Notes: a model not told the origin generated them from the sequence alone. DNA of 64,000 nt from an uncultured virus (IMG/VR IMGVR_UViG_3300021093_000051) (IMGVR_UViG_3300021093_000051:1-64000); one strand, 5' to 3'. Positions 52,476-62,446 are shown, numbered from the stretch's first letter. A program made the numbers and translations.

Positions 52476-53138
52476 TCAATATCCTTCGGAATCTTCGGGA
52501 TTTTGATTTAACTCTTTTACCCAGTCAGGTACCTCTCCAAACGGGCTCTCTTCGTCCTCCATCGGATTCATACCAAACGCCTCTTCTTCAAACTCTTCTC
52601 CATTTTCAAATCTTCTAAGCATTGCCTCGATCTGACGCAAGTCTGACGCCGTATTATTGAAAGCAGTTGCCTCTTGACGATATTCATCTTCGCTCCAATC
52701 ATTTGAGTCTTTTTCATACTCTCCTTCTAACTCATCTTCTAATTCAGCATCCAATTCGTCTTCTAACTCATCATCTACCTCTTCGTTAATGAATCTAGTA
52801 AATGAAGAATAGGCTCTGCCCTCTTCTACCGGTTCGATCTCCACTACTGGAATTCCAGTGATTCGATCGTCATAGGTAAACGGCTTCTTCTTTTCTTGCT
52901 TGTATACAAGATCTCCGGTCATTGCCTTGTAAGTAGGATCGTATACTGGATGAGAAAAAGCAGGGTCTCTCTCAACTGTTCGTCTAAACCCTTTAAGTTT
53001 AGGATCACGATCATTCATATTACCTCGAGCATCTCTTAATTCAATCGCAGAGCTGGGTCCACCGAATCCAGGTTTCTTAAGGTCCATATAATTATCGAAA
53101 TTTAAGATATCTCGACGGTGTGTATCAAACATTTCCAT
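52476..53138 (-). CDS. Acidic putative prohead core/internal protein
   Basis: ILNFDNY at the N-terminus, internal YSSFTRFINEE followed by an ELEDELDAELEDELE acidic repeat. Confidence 0.5.
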   Translation of the reverse strand: MEMFDTHRRDILNFDNYMDLKKPGFGGPSSAIELRDARGNMNDRDPKLKGFRRTVERDPAFSHPVYDPTYKAMTGDLVYKQEKKKPFTYDDRITGIPVVEIEPVEEGRAYSSFTRFINEEVDDELEDELDAELEDELEGEYEKDSNDWSEDEYRQEATAFNNTASDLRQIEAMLRRFENGEEFEEEAFGMNPMEDEESPFGEVPDWVKELNQNPEDSEGY

Positions 53139-53153
53139 TTTTATCTCGATTTT

Positions 53154-53729
53154 TTATACGTTAATCTGACCTATTCTGGTTTCCACCCAGTAGTCTGATC
53201 GATATTTCATCTGTACATCATAAATACCGTTTTCAGTATAATTTAGTGAAAGTTCAGTTAATTTATCGTTTGGAATAACCGATTGAAAATTCCACTCTCT
53301 AAAGATCTCACCAGTCTTATTAGCCACGTGAACTGACATCGAACCCACATAGTCTCTTTTTAATCCCTGACTACCCGTTTGAGGATTGTAAACGATATCG
53401 TTCCATGCTCTAAGGATATTATAAACGTATGCGTCATTCTCTTCATTTAAGTTGACTGTGAACTTGATAGTCAAGTCAGCAGTTGTGGTGTCTGGAATTC
53501 CTCCAGCAAAGGATCTTTTTGCAAACTTGTAAGTCTGTTCAACTAACGTTCCGCTAGAATTGATTTCAGGCAGACCTGAAATCTCGGTCACGTGCTCCAC
53601 TAAAAGAGCTACATTGCTACCGGAGATTACTGTCGGTGGGTTCAAGATCACCTCAAACTGATTCTTATAGATCGGTTCATAGTATGATCGAGCCGCGGCT
53701 GAATTGGTCCAATATGGTAAACCTGCCAT
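53154..53729 (-). CDS. Tail tube protein (gp19-like)
   Basis: 191 aa; YEPIYKNQFEV, WNDIVYNPQTG...KRDY, LSLNY...YRSDYW pattern; late promoter at 53745-53756. Confidence 0.75.
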   Translation of the reverse strand: MAGLPYWTNSAAARSYYEPIYKNQFEVILNPPTVISGSNVALLVEHVTEISGLPEINSSGTLVEQTYKFAKRSFAGGIPDTTTADLTIKFTVNLNEENDAYVYNILRAWNDIVYNPQTGSQGLKRDYVGSMSVHVANKTGEIFREWNFQSVIPNDKLTELSLNYTENGIYDVQMKYRSDYWVETRIGQINV

Positions 53730-53748
53730 TGTGTATCGATTATTTTAG

Positions 53749-54882
53749 TTATTTATTTTGCGGTTGAGCAATATTTTTTTCGGGCACCCTTGGTTCCTGT
53801 GTTTCTTCAGTATTCTCCTGTTCAAGATCCTCTCCCTCTTCAGTGTCTATTATTTCAGAAGCAGGCGCCTCCTCAATGTTAAATAGGTTTTCAAAATCAA
53901 TGTTAGATCTGATCGATACTTGAGAAGATCGGTTTGAGTAGTTATCTATCTGTACTCGGTCTCCCTTGAATTCCAATACTAAGGAAGGTAAGATAGTTCT
54001 AAAAATCAGCTCATTCACGTTTTCGATAGGATCGTATACCATGATCTCAGAGATCTTGGGTTCGGTCGTGTTGTCTATCGTTAAAGACTCGTTATTGATT
54101 AGGGTGTTTTTACCCGACACCTTTACCTTAAATCCGTCCCAGCTATTGATTGCCTTGCCGTCAAGCGTGTCCACCATGCCAGTAGATAACTTAAGAGTCA
54201 CGTTAGGTGAACCTGTATCAAGCCCGCTGGTCGAGACCTCACGTAAGACCATTCGATCTACCGTAAACCTTACCTCATAGTGTGTGTTGCTAAAATACTT
54301 ATCGTTGATCGCCTTGATCTGAGCAGAAGTCAGCTTTGTGGTAAATAAAACCTCGTCCACTCTTGATTCAGAAGTTGCCTGTGGAAGACCGAGTGGAGCA
54401 GGCGGCCCTGAAGGCAGAGACACTTGACCTTGACCGATTCTCTTTTGCGGTTCAGGTAGCCCCAATGGAGGATTTGGACCAGCCGGTAATAGATTGTTCC
54501 AATCGTCGTCAGTCAGGTCAGTCTCAACCGGTTTAGGGGTCTCTTCTTCTGGCGTCACCTCAGCAGGTAAACCGTCCATCTCTCGAGCATAGTCCGGATT
54601 GAGTAGTCTCTTGATCGCCTCACTGGCAAGCTCAAACTTTCTTTTAAGTAGATTTACTTCACTTAAGATGACATAAGTAAGAGTGGCATGGCCCTCTTCA
54701 AAACGCATGTCTGGAAAGACGTCTACCTGTTTAAGCCAGCCCTGGATATTTTTTTGATCGAGCGCAGTCTCACCGTTGACGATTGACCACGAAAGGTCGT
54801 AGTTTAGGATTGCTTGAAAGATGAAACCTCCGTCTTTTGAACTAGCCTCATCAGAATACGCCTTTTCAAAAATTTTATCCAT
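53749..54882 (-). CDS. Hypothetical late protein with Pro-rich linker
   Basis: ORF in the late operon; LPAGPNPPLGLP / LPSGPPAPLGLP duplication. Confidence 0.6.
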   Translation of the reverse strand: MDKIFEKAYSDEASSKDGGFIFQAILNYDLSWSIVNGETALDQKNIQGWLKQVDVFPDMRFEEGHATLTYVILSEVNLLKRKFELASEAIKRLLNPDYAREMDGLPAEVTPEEETPKPVETDLTDDDWNNLLPAGPNPPLGLPEPQKRIGQGQVSLPSGPPAPLGLPQATSESRVDEVLFTTKLTSAQIKAINDKYFSNTHYEVRFTVDRMVLREVSTSGLDTGSPNVTLKLSTGMVDTLDGKAINSWDGFKVKVSGKNTLINNESLTIDNTTEPKISEIMVYDPIENVNELIFRTILPSLVLEFKGDRVQIDNYSNRSSQVSIRSNIDFENLFNIEEAPASEIIDTEEGEDLEQENTEETQEPRVPEKNIAQPQNK

Positions 54883-55139
54883 TAGTCTTTTTTACGATCT
54901 CTCGTTCGTTTATAGTTCTTCCAAAGCTCGTTATAGATGTTACATGAAGCCCCTAAAAAGTTGATGATACCGACGTATTTTTTCTTGTCCTCTCCTTCCA
55001 TATTAGCGACCTTGACACCAATCTTCTTGGCATCATTGATCGTAAGCTCTTCATCCTCGTCCTTACCGACTAGCTTCTTAAGATCGCCCTTCTTTTCAAG
55101 TAGAGCGTATTGCTCAAATCTCATGATAGCTCTATTCAT
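54882..55139 (-). CDS. Small putative head-internal protein (IMRFEQYALLE leader)
   Basis: CTS-like N-terminus; late operon. Confidence 0.55.
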   Translation of the reverse strand: MNRAIMRFEQYALLEKKGDLKKLVGKDEDEELTINDAKKIGVKVANMEGEDKKKYVGIINFLGASCNIYNELWKNYKRTRDRKKD

Positions 55140-55158
55140 TGGTCTTAGATTTTATTAA

Positions 55159-55392
55159 TTACTTCTTCTTACCTACCACGTTCTTGTTCTTTGCAGTAGT
55201 CATGTATTGTTTAGTATACTTATCAAGTTGAGGAGTTCCTTTTCCCTTAACTGGACCTTCAACTAAACCTTGATTGATCTTCATCGAACCCGATCTATCG
55301 TTTGCCGCAACGTTAGCTTTTCCACGGTATCCCGCTTCAGCCTTTTTGAATGCTGCCATAAACTGGTTATAGTTCATAACTGGATTTGCCAT
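55159..55392 (-). CDS. Small basic late protein (VMNYNQF leader)
   Basis: GATAAATAA at 55411-55419 upstream; weak CTS-like start. Confidence 0.55.
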   Translation of the reverse strand: MANPVMNYNQFMAAFKKAEAGYRGKANVAANDRSGSMKINQGLVEGPVKGKGTPQLDKYTKQYMTTAKNKNVVGKKK

Positions 55393-55477
55393 TATACTTT
55401 TATTTTTTTATTATTTATCTTTTTAATCTTAAAGAATTTTTTGTATATTAGCTATATAACCAATTAAATTTAAAGCC

Positions 55478-55930
55478 ATGAAAAAGTTAATTTTAACCCT
55501 ATCGATCATCGGAGGAATATTTACCTCTAACGTATCATTATCTAACGAGTTAGATTCTACCGAAGTTAAAGATAAGTCTGAAAGGATTGCACGTATCAAG
55601 TACTCAATCGATTCCTTAATTAAGGCTGAGCTTGGCAACATTGAACTTACTAGTTCCTTTGACTCTAATTGTCATGATTATGCAATAAAGAAAATTCAAA
55701 AGAGCGCAGATGCTGATTCATATAGTGGAGTTCAGTTTCGAACATTAAACTCAGTACCAAATGATCAAGTATCAATATGTGATCTTCCATTATCTCACTT
55801 GATCTCAAGAGTCAAGGCGAACCTTATCAATGAGAAAATGGACATTAAGAGTTGGGAGTTTACTAAATACTCAATAGTATTTGGTGACTTTGGCGGAAAG
55901 AGCTACATGGCAATCTCAATGGATTATTAA
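55478..55930 (+). CDS. Putative secreted protein
   Basis: MKKLILTLSIIGGIF signal peptide. Confidence 0.55.
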   Translation: MKKLILTLSIIGGIFTSNVSLSNELDSTEVKDKSERIARIKYSIDSLIKAELGNIELTSSFDSNCHDYAIKKIQKSADADSYSGVQFRTLNSVPNDQVSICDLPLSHLISRVKANLINEKMDIKSWEFTKYSIVFGDFGGKSYMAISMDY

Positions 55931-55946
55931 TCTAGCCCATCTTCAT

Positions 55947-55976
55947 AAAAAAACCCATCTAAAAGATGGGTTTTTT
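55947..55976. terminator. Bidirectional terminator
   Basis: AAAAAACCCATCT-AAA-AGATGGGTTTTTT. Confidence 0.85.
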
Positions 55977-55995
55977 GTTTAACTAATTATTAGAT

Positions 55996-57765
55996 CTAGA
56001 TGTTATCTTCTCCAGCAGGGGTTGCTTTTTCAATATGAGTAACGTATCTTTCTTCTGGTATGTCTACTTCCTTTATTAATTTAGGATTATTAGGATCAGT
56101 ATAATCCATTAATTTGACTTTCATCGTGCCTTTTTCTGTTCCAGGTCCAACTACGAATATTTTTTTCGTATCAGTTCCCCCTACTTCATTCGGTGGAGTC
56201 GATTTGTCAAATATTACGATCTCTTGTTCAGGCTTTAATTCCTTAAACTTGATTCGGTTTTCCTTGACTGCACGATTTGCCTTTTTCTCAGCCTTTGCTG
56301 CCGCTTTTTCTTCAGCTTTACCTTCTCCTTTTCCCCAACCAATTGACGTAACTAGTCCAGGCGATTTCCAACTAGCTGCGACCGTATACTCTTTTATTGT
56401 AAGCGCATCGTAGTTTAGAGTAACCTCACCAGTCTCAGTCACATTGATCCATTTAGTAGGTAGTTTTCTTTTTTCAACCCTGTCTCCAGTTATAAAGAAG
56501 TTAACTACCCTCCATTCAGGTGCAGTATTTACATTATTATCTGGTTGAACTACTGCCGGTGTCCCAGCCAATGAGACCTGTACGCCCTTCGGCGCTCCAA
56601 TTTTTGTAACAAACCATTGGGCTCGTCTTGTTGCAAGTGCCATGTTCTGTTTATCATCTCTTGCGCCAGCAGTCCATTCCCACGATGCGGATCCTTGAAC
56701 CTTAATCGAAGTTATTTTTGAATACTGTCCAAGGATCTGGTTCAATGCTTCAAGGATAGCTTTTTCCTTTGTTGGATCTGGTTTATCCTTTCCTTGACCA
56801 AATAGTGCATCTAATCCGGGCAATGATGTCAATTCATCAGTTACTTGAACTGCCTCTTCTCCTCCTTCTATTGGAACGCTTACCGTAGTCGTTGTAAATT
56901 CTGTATATGGCTGGCCTCCTCCTTTAACAAAATCAGTCACAGTATAGAAAACAAACTTCTTCGTAAGGCTTTCATTCAGCAATCGTTTCGGGTCCTCTGG
57001 GAAATCCTTAGGTGTAAGTCCTCCCCCAAGTGAACTTGATGCTGGAGGAGAGCTCATATTATACTTTAAGTTTGATCCGTCCCACATAAGAATTGTTTGA
57101 CTCAAATTAGCTCCATTTATATAACTGGCCCGATATGGCCAGTACGCTTTTCCCATAGTTTTTTTGGTTTCGTCCATATCAAAAGCCGGCTTATCGTTTA
57201 ATTTCATATCCTTCATCCTCTCAATCGTCAATCCATCCGCATAAACCTTCGAAGTTACTGTTTCAAGTTGTTTAAACATTTCCTGATGATTTAGTGCGCT
57301 TATTGATTTACATATAGCTGGAGCGGACGTCCATATTACCTCAGTTTTATTTAACGTCGGAACCTTTAAACCTTTAGCCGTTTTTATTTGAATCGATTTA
57401 ACTGTTGTATTAAACGTTGGCTTTATGTATTTTTCGTTAGAATTAGTTTTAGTAAATTCAGCTACCGCCGATCCAACGTCAACAGTTAAGCTACTTGTAA
57501 AATGATTTTTTGTAAGGTTGTCAGTCGATGCCGTCATCCAACCGACCTTAGCATTCTGTTTCCATTCATTAATAAATGTAGCATATGCTTCTCCCATTGC
57601 TGTAGCTATGTCCCCCATTTTACTAACCAGTGATTCAATGCTAGTTTGTGAATTCACTAAGTTTGCAACAGTCTGCTCATTGACCGCTTCTCGGTATCGT
57701 TCATCATTCACAACTGATTCGTGAAGAGTTCTCCACATATTATAGTTTAATAAATAACCACCCAT
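55996..57765 (-). CDS. Late protein with CTS-like leader and OmpA/Pal-like peptidoglycan-binding domain, 589 aa
   Basis: LLNYNMWRTLHE leader; LFGQGK...IKVQGSAS...NMALATRRA...WRVVNF resembles the OmpA_C-like fold; late promoter 57781-57793. Confidence 0.55.
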   Translation of the reverse strand: MGGYLLNYNMWRTLHESVVNDERYREAVNEQTVANLVNSQTSIESLVSKMGDIATAMGEAYATFINEWKQNAKVGWMTASTDNLTKNHFTSSLTVDVGSAVAEFTKTNSNEKYIKPTFNTTVKSIQIKTAKGLKVPTLNKTEVIWTSAPAICKSISALNHQEMFKQLETVTSKVYADGLTIERMKDMKLNDKPAFDMDETKKTMGKAYWPYRASYINGANLSQTILMWDGSNLKYNMSSPPASSSLGGGLTPKDFPEDPKRLLNESLTKKFVFYTVTDFVKGGGQPYTEFTTTTVSVPIEGGEEAVQVTDELTSLPGLDALFGQGKDKPDPTKEKAILEALNQILGQYSKITSIKVQGSASWEWTAGARDDKQNMALATRRAQWFVTKIGAPKGVQVSLAGTPAVVQPDNNVNTAPEWRVVNFFITGDRVEKRKLPTKWINVTETGEVTLNYDALTIKEYTVAASWKSPGLVTSIGWGKGEGKAEEKAAAKAEKKANRAVKENRIKFKELKPEQEIVIFDKSTPPNEVGGTDTKKIFVVGPGTEKGTMKVKLMDYTDPNNPKLIKEVDIPEERYVTHIEKATPAGEDNI

Positions 57766-57828
57766 TTTTAAATAAGTTTTTTAGTTATTTATCTTTTAAA
57801 AAAACCTAATTTTTAGTATCTTAATACC

Positions 57829-58620
57829 ATGCCAGAACTTGCAGAGATAAAAATAATGGCGGATTTCATAAATCTGGCCAGTAGAGAAAAGAGTTTTACT
57901 ACCGTTGCCTTTTCAGAAAGCGCTATGAATAGAAAACTAGGTATAGTCCAGCCGACTGACCTTCAGATATTCAGAATCACAGCTGAGTCTCGGGGCAAGG
58001 AACTCATGCTCTCCTTGATCCAGGGAGATCAGGTTTTCATGAAGATCAGCTGCTCGATGGGCATGTCCGGCCATTGGGCGATGTGTCACCGAGATGATGT
58101 GCCCAAGCACACCCACATGAAATTTAATACGACCGATCAACTCAGTCTCTGCCTGGTCGACACTCGTCGATTTGCTAGGTGGAAGGTCGCATCCGACTGG
58201 TCCCAAAATCGTGGGCCCTGCCCAGTACACGAACCTAATCCTTTTAGGGAGAATATCCTCGCTAACCTAGGCAAGAAGGAATTCGATAAACCGATCCACC
58301 TGGTGCTCATGAACCAACAATATTTTAATGGAATCGGCAACTATCTTAGATCCGAGATTATGTTCCATGCCTCACAAGATCCTTTTGCTGATGCCCGTAC
58401 TGCACTCACACGAAATCCTTCAATACTCGATCTTTGTGAAAGGTTACCTAGGGAAGCTTACTTCCTAGGTGGAGGTCAGCTCAAGGACTGGCAAAACCCG
58501 TTTGAGGTTCCTGAAGGAGGATTTGACGAGTGGATGCAGTGTTACGGCAAGGGCAAATGGTTTACCGACAAGAACGGTCGACGTATGTGGTATCATCCCA
58601 TCCAGCTTGAAACCAGTTAA
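57829..58620 (+). CDS. Fpg/Nei family DNA glycosylase, NEIL1-like
   Basis: MPELAE N-terminus, RGKEL, GMSG, DTRRFARW, H2TH LMNQQYFNGIGNYLRSEI, zincless finger DKNGRRMWY. Confidence 0.9.
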   Translation: MPELAEIKIMADFINLASREKSFTTVAFSESAMNRKLGIVQPTDLQIFRITAESRGKELMLSLIQGDQVFMKISCSMGMSGHWAMCHRDDVPKHTHMKFNTTDQLSLCLVDTRRFARWKVASDWSQNRGPCPVHEPNPFRENILANLGKKEFDKPIHLVLMNQQYFNGIGNYLRSEIMFHASQDPFADARTALTRNPSILDLCERLPREAYFLGGGQLKDWQNPFEVPEGGFDEWMQCYGKGKWFTDKNGRRMWYHPIQLETS

Positions 58621-58662
58621 TAAATTTGAGTTTTATTAATGTAACCTCATAAATCACGAAAG

Positions 58663-58845
58663 ATGTTAAGAAAAATACTTGGCCCCAAGCTTTCAAAAAG
58701 GGAACTCGCAATAATCAGGGAATGTTGTCGGCAAGTCTCTACCTCCATGGATAAAGCAGATTTTCAAAATAACTTGGATCCTGAGATAAAGGAGATCCAC
58801 CAAGACATTAAAAAGATCATAAAAAAACTAGAGACCACTACATGA
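58663..58845 (+). CDS. Hypothetical protein
   Basis: ORF coupled to the helicase gene. Confidence 0.5.
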   Translation: MLRKILGPKLSKRELAIIRECCRQVSTSMDKADFQNNLDPEIKEIHQDIKKIIKKLETTT

Positions 58846-60434
58846 GAGATATTCCTCTTGAGTTTTCACCAAGACCTCAACAGGTCCAGATCTTGGACTT
58901 CGTAAAGTCTTCCATTAAGGAGGGTAAAAAATTCATCATGGTGGATGCCCCTACTGGAGTAGGTAAATCCTATGCGGCGATCATGATCGCTGAGTGGTAT
59001 AGAAACGAACACTCAAAAAAGGCCAAGACTGACATCATCACCAACACCAAGATCTTACAGGATCAATATGTGAAAGATTTTAAGTTCGCAGCTAATCTAA
59101 AGGGAAAGAACAATTACTGGTGTCGTCATCAAGGAATGGGATGCGGTGATGCCCAGGTGCTCAATAAGGCCAGTGGTAAAAGATGCAATGTCTGCCCACA
59201 CAAGATCTCTCAGACCAAATTCCTGAAGAGCCCAGTGAGCTTGGCAAATTTTCACCTGGTGACTGCATACTCAATGTATTCTCCAGACATGTTGGCAGAG
59301 CGTAGTTCTAAGCTACTCATAATCGATGAGGCACACGCCTTTGAGGAGACCTTTTGTGATTTTATTCTCTCTACCTATTCCGAACGTAGCCTAAAGATAT
59401 TGGACGTTTGGCACGATTGGATGGAAAGGGACCTTGATAACATCTCTAGCCTGACTGAACTTTCAGATTGGACTAAAGACGTATTGGTTCCCTTGCTTGA
59501 TAAAAAAGCACACGATCTGCTTGACGAGGCCAAGGAGACTCGACAAAAAAAGAAAAAGGTAGACCTAATTAAAAAAGCAGACCACGTCGATAAGTCAATG
59601 TGTAAGTACAATCGATTCGTCAACGACCGTGAAAACTACAAGACTAATTGGACCTTTGAAAAAGATCTAGACCAGTGGGGCAAGACCAGAATCCTAGTCG
59701 AACCTATTTGGGGCAACCTATACCTAAAAGAACTTTTTTGGGACCAATACGATCATGTGATCATGATGTCGGGTACACTATTGGATCGAGAGCTCTTCTC
59801 CTTCATCATGGGAATAGACGAGACCGAGTCAACTTACCTCGCCCTACCGTGTCCGTTTGAGGCAGCTAAACGACCGGTAATCTATGTAAAGTTCGGTAAG
59901 ATGTCCTATTATAATAAAAAGGAGACCTTTACCAGAGCAGTACCGATCATCGGCAAGATCTTGGAGAAGAATCACGAACATAAGGGCATTATTCATACTG
60001 CCAATTATGAGTTTAGCAAGTGGATTCAACAGACCATTCAGGATTCACGTTTAATATTTCATGATTCAGCAAGCCGAGAAAAATCTCTTGAAGATCATCT
60101 TACTTCTAAGATGGAAACCGTCCTAGTCTCACCATCGATGATCAATGGAGTCGACTTAAAGGATGAGCTTTCACGATTTCAGGTGATCCTAAAAGTACCT
60201 TTTCCTAATCTTGTTAGTACAAAGATAAAGAAGAGACTCGATACTCGTCCAGAATGGTACAATTGGAAGACCCTGGTGGATCTTTTACAGGCATACGGTA
60301 GATCAATAAGAAACGATGATGACTGGGCTGAGACCTACATCTTAGACGAGTGCTTCGATCAAATATTAAATAACAAAGGCGTGCCTAAGTATTTTTTAGA
60401 CGCGTTGAAAGTAAAAAAATTAGCAAAGAAATAA
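58842..60434 (+). CDS. DinG/XPD-family SF2 helicase
   Basis: PRPQQ Q-motif, APTGVGKS, LKGKNNY.C with Cys cluster, IIDEAH, MSGT, GVDL, QAYGRSIR. Confidence 0.9.
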   Translation: MRDIPLEFSPRPQQVQILDFVKSSIKEGKKFIMVDAPTGVGKSYAAIMIAEWYRNEHSKKAKTDIITNTKILQDQYVKDFKFAANLKGKNNYWCRHQGMGCGDAQVLNKASGKRCNVCPHKISQTKFLKSPVSLANFHLVTAYSMYSPDMLAERSSKLLIIDEAHAFEETFCDFILSTYSERSLKILDVWHDWMERDLDNISSLTELSDWTKDVLVPLLDKKAHDLLDEAKETRQKKKKVDLIKKADHVDKSMCKYNRFVNDRENYKTNWTFEKDLDQWGKTRILVEPIWGNLYLKELFWDQYDHVIMMSGTLLDRELFSFIMGIDETESTYLALPCPFEAAKRPVIYVKFGKMSYYNKKETFTRAVPIIGKILEKNHEHKGIIHTANYEFSKWIQQTIQDSRLIFHDSASREKSLEDHLTSKMETVLVSPSMINGVDLKDELSRFQVILKVPFPNLVSTKIKKRLDTRPEWYNWKTLVDLLQAYGRSIRNDDDWAETYILDECFDQILNNKGVPKYFLDALKVKKLAKK

Positions 60435-62297
60435 ATGGCTAAGAAATCGATAGAAACAAAGTATCAGAAACTGACTGACGTTGAACACGTTTTACTCAGA
60501 CCCTCAATGTATATAGGGTCAGTCGCAATCCATACTGGAGATCAGTATCTCTATGATGGCCAAAAGGTCACAATTGAAGAAGTTCACTACAATCCAGGAT
60601 TCATTAAAATCTTTGACGAAATTATTTCTAATGCAGTCGATGAACATCGGCGAAATCCTAAGCTGAATGAGATCCGAGTAACTATTAATCTTGACACTAC
60701 TGAGATCACAGTATGGGATAATGGTGGAATTCCAGTAGAAAAACATCCAATCCATAAAGAGTGGATTCCTGAACTAATATTTTCAAACTTGAAGGCTGGC
60801 TCCAATTTTGATGACTCAGAACAGCGTACTGTCGCAGGAACAAATGGTGTTGGTAGCAAGGCAACCAATATTTTTAGTAAAAAGTTCTCAATTTCAACCT
60901 GTGATGGTAAGAATCGATTCGATCAGGTTTTTACTGAAAATATGAAGGATAGAACTAAAGTTAAAATTACCCCAGCTAAGAGAGGATTCACTGAAATCTC
61001 ATTTTTTCCCGATCTAGAAAGGTTTAAGATGCGATTAATTGACGAAAAGTCCTTTCAGATCCTATTTAAACGTTGTTTGGACCTAGTTGCATGTAATAAT
61101 AAGCTTACTCTAAAGCTAACTAAGATCAAGGAGAGTAAAAAAGAGGAATTTGTGCTTAAATTTAAGAGTTTTGAAGAATATATTCAGCTCTATGCTCAAG
61201 AATATTTCTTTGAGGAGACAAAAGACTGGAAGATAGGCTTTGCAAAGTCGGAAAAAGGATTTCAGAACGTAAGTTTCGTCAATTCTGTCTATACGATGGA
61301 CGGCGGAACTCACGTAGAGTACATTACTAATCAGCTAATCTCACAATTAAGGGAAATGATTAAGAAAAAACACAGAGTTGACGTAAAACCTAGCGATATC
61401 CGTAACCATTTATACGTTTTTATCGATTCTACCGTAGTAAACTCATTTTTTAGCTCACAAACTAAGGAAAAATTGATCACCGAGGTCAAAGATTTCGGTA
61501 CCAAGCACGAAGTTACTGATAAGATCGCAAAACTAGTGTTTAAATCTGAAATAATTCAGTCAGTTTTAGATTGGATCGAGAAAAAAGCCCTTGTACAAGA
61601 GCGAGCAGAGCTCAGAAAGTTAAATAAGGACTTGGACAAGACCAAAATACCTAAATTGATCGATGCTCAACGAAAAGGAGATCGTGGAATATGCATTTTA
61701 GGAATTTATGAGGGGCTAAGTGCAGTTTCAGCAGTTCGTAAGTTTCGAGATACTCAAACGATCGGCGCATTCCCTCTAAAGGGTAAGTTCATCAACGTAA
61801 GTGAGATGAAACCTTCTGAAATCGCTAAAAACGACGAAGCTGTGCAACTAATGGCCTCTCTGGGACTAAAGCTAGGCGAAGAACCCAAAGGATTGCGATA
61901 CGGTCGCATCTACATCTATACAGATGCCGATCCGGACGGTAGTCACATCGCAGCTACCCTAATTAACTTTTTTAATCGCTTCTGGCCCGAACTTTTTGAT
62001 CAAGGTAGGGTATATAAGGTAATGACTCCGCTTGTAGTAGCTAAAAAAGGCAAAGAATCCATCAATTTTTACACCAACGATGAGTTTGATGCCTGGTTGA
62101 GGAAGAATAAGGCCACCTCTTGGGAAATCGAATACAAGAAGGGATTGGGTGCACTCGAGGATACTGAATACGAAGAAATAATCAAGAATCCATACCTTGT
62201 ACAGATCAAGAACGATAAAGACTATCGGGACTCACTTGAATCGTGGTTCGGTAAGGACTCTCAACCTAGAAAGGACCGAATCCTTGGAAATAATTAG
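60435..62297 (+). CDS. Type IIA DNA topoisomerase ATPase/TOPRIM subunit (T4 gp39+gp60 fused type)
   Basis: EHVLLRPSMYIGS, DEIISNAVD, GTNGVG, EGLSA, PLKGK, TDADPDGSHI, YKKGLG. Confidence 0.95.
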   Translation: MAKKSIETKYQKLTDVEHVLLRPSMYIGSVAIHTGDQYLYDGQKVTIEEVHYNPGFIKIFDEIISNAVDEHRRNPKLNEIRVTINLDTTEITVWDNGGIPVEKHPIHKEWIPELIFSNLKAGSNFDDSEQRTVAGTNGVGSKATNIFSKKFSISTCDGKNRFDQVFTENMKDRTKVKITPAKRGFTEISFFPDLERFKMRLIDEKSFQILFKRCLDLVACNNKLTLKLTKIKESKKEEFVLKFKSFEEYIQLYAQEYFFEETKDWKIGFAKSEKGFQNVSFVNSVYTMDGGTHVEYITNQLISQLREMIKKKHRVDVKPSDIRNHLYVFIDSTVVNSFFSSQTKEKLITEVKDFGTKHEVTDKIAKLVFKSEIIQSVLDWIEKKALVQERAELRKLNKDLDKTKIPKLIDAQRKGDRGICILGIYEGLSAVSAVRKFRDTQTIGAFPLKGKFINVSEMKPSEIAKNDEAVQLMASLGLKLGEEPKGLRYGRIYIYTDADPDGSHIAATLINFFNRFWPELFDQGRVYKVMTPLVVAKKGKESINFYTNDEFDAWLRKNKATSWEIEYKKGLGALEDTEYEEIIKNPYLVQIKNDKDYRDSLESWFGKDSQPRKDRILGNN

Positions 62298-62303
62298 CAA
62301 TCG

Positions 62304-62414
62304 ATGAAATATTACAACGAGTTTGAAAGAAGACCAAAGATCGTCTTTATTTGGATGATTATAATGGGATCCATAATAGGTCTCATTTCATGGGTTGTCA
62401 AAACTTTGGCTTAG
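62304..62414 (+). CDS. Small membrane peptide, 36 aa
   Basis: MKYYNEFERRPKIVFIWMIIMGSIIGLISWVVKTLA; fills a gap. Confidence 0.4.
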   Translation: MKYYNEFERRPKIVFIWMIIMGSIIGLISWVVKTLA

Positions 62415-62446
62415 CTCAAAGTAAAAGATAAGAAAATCCCATTTTT

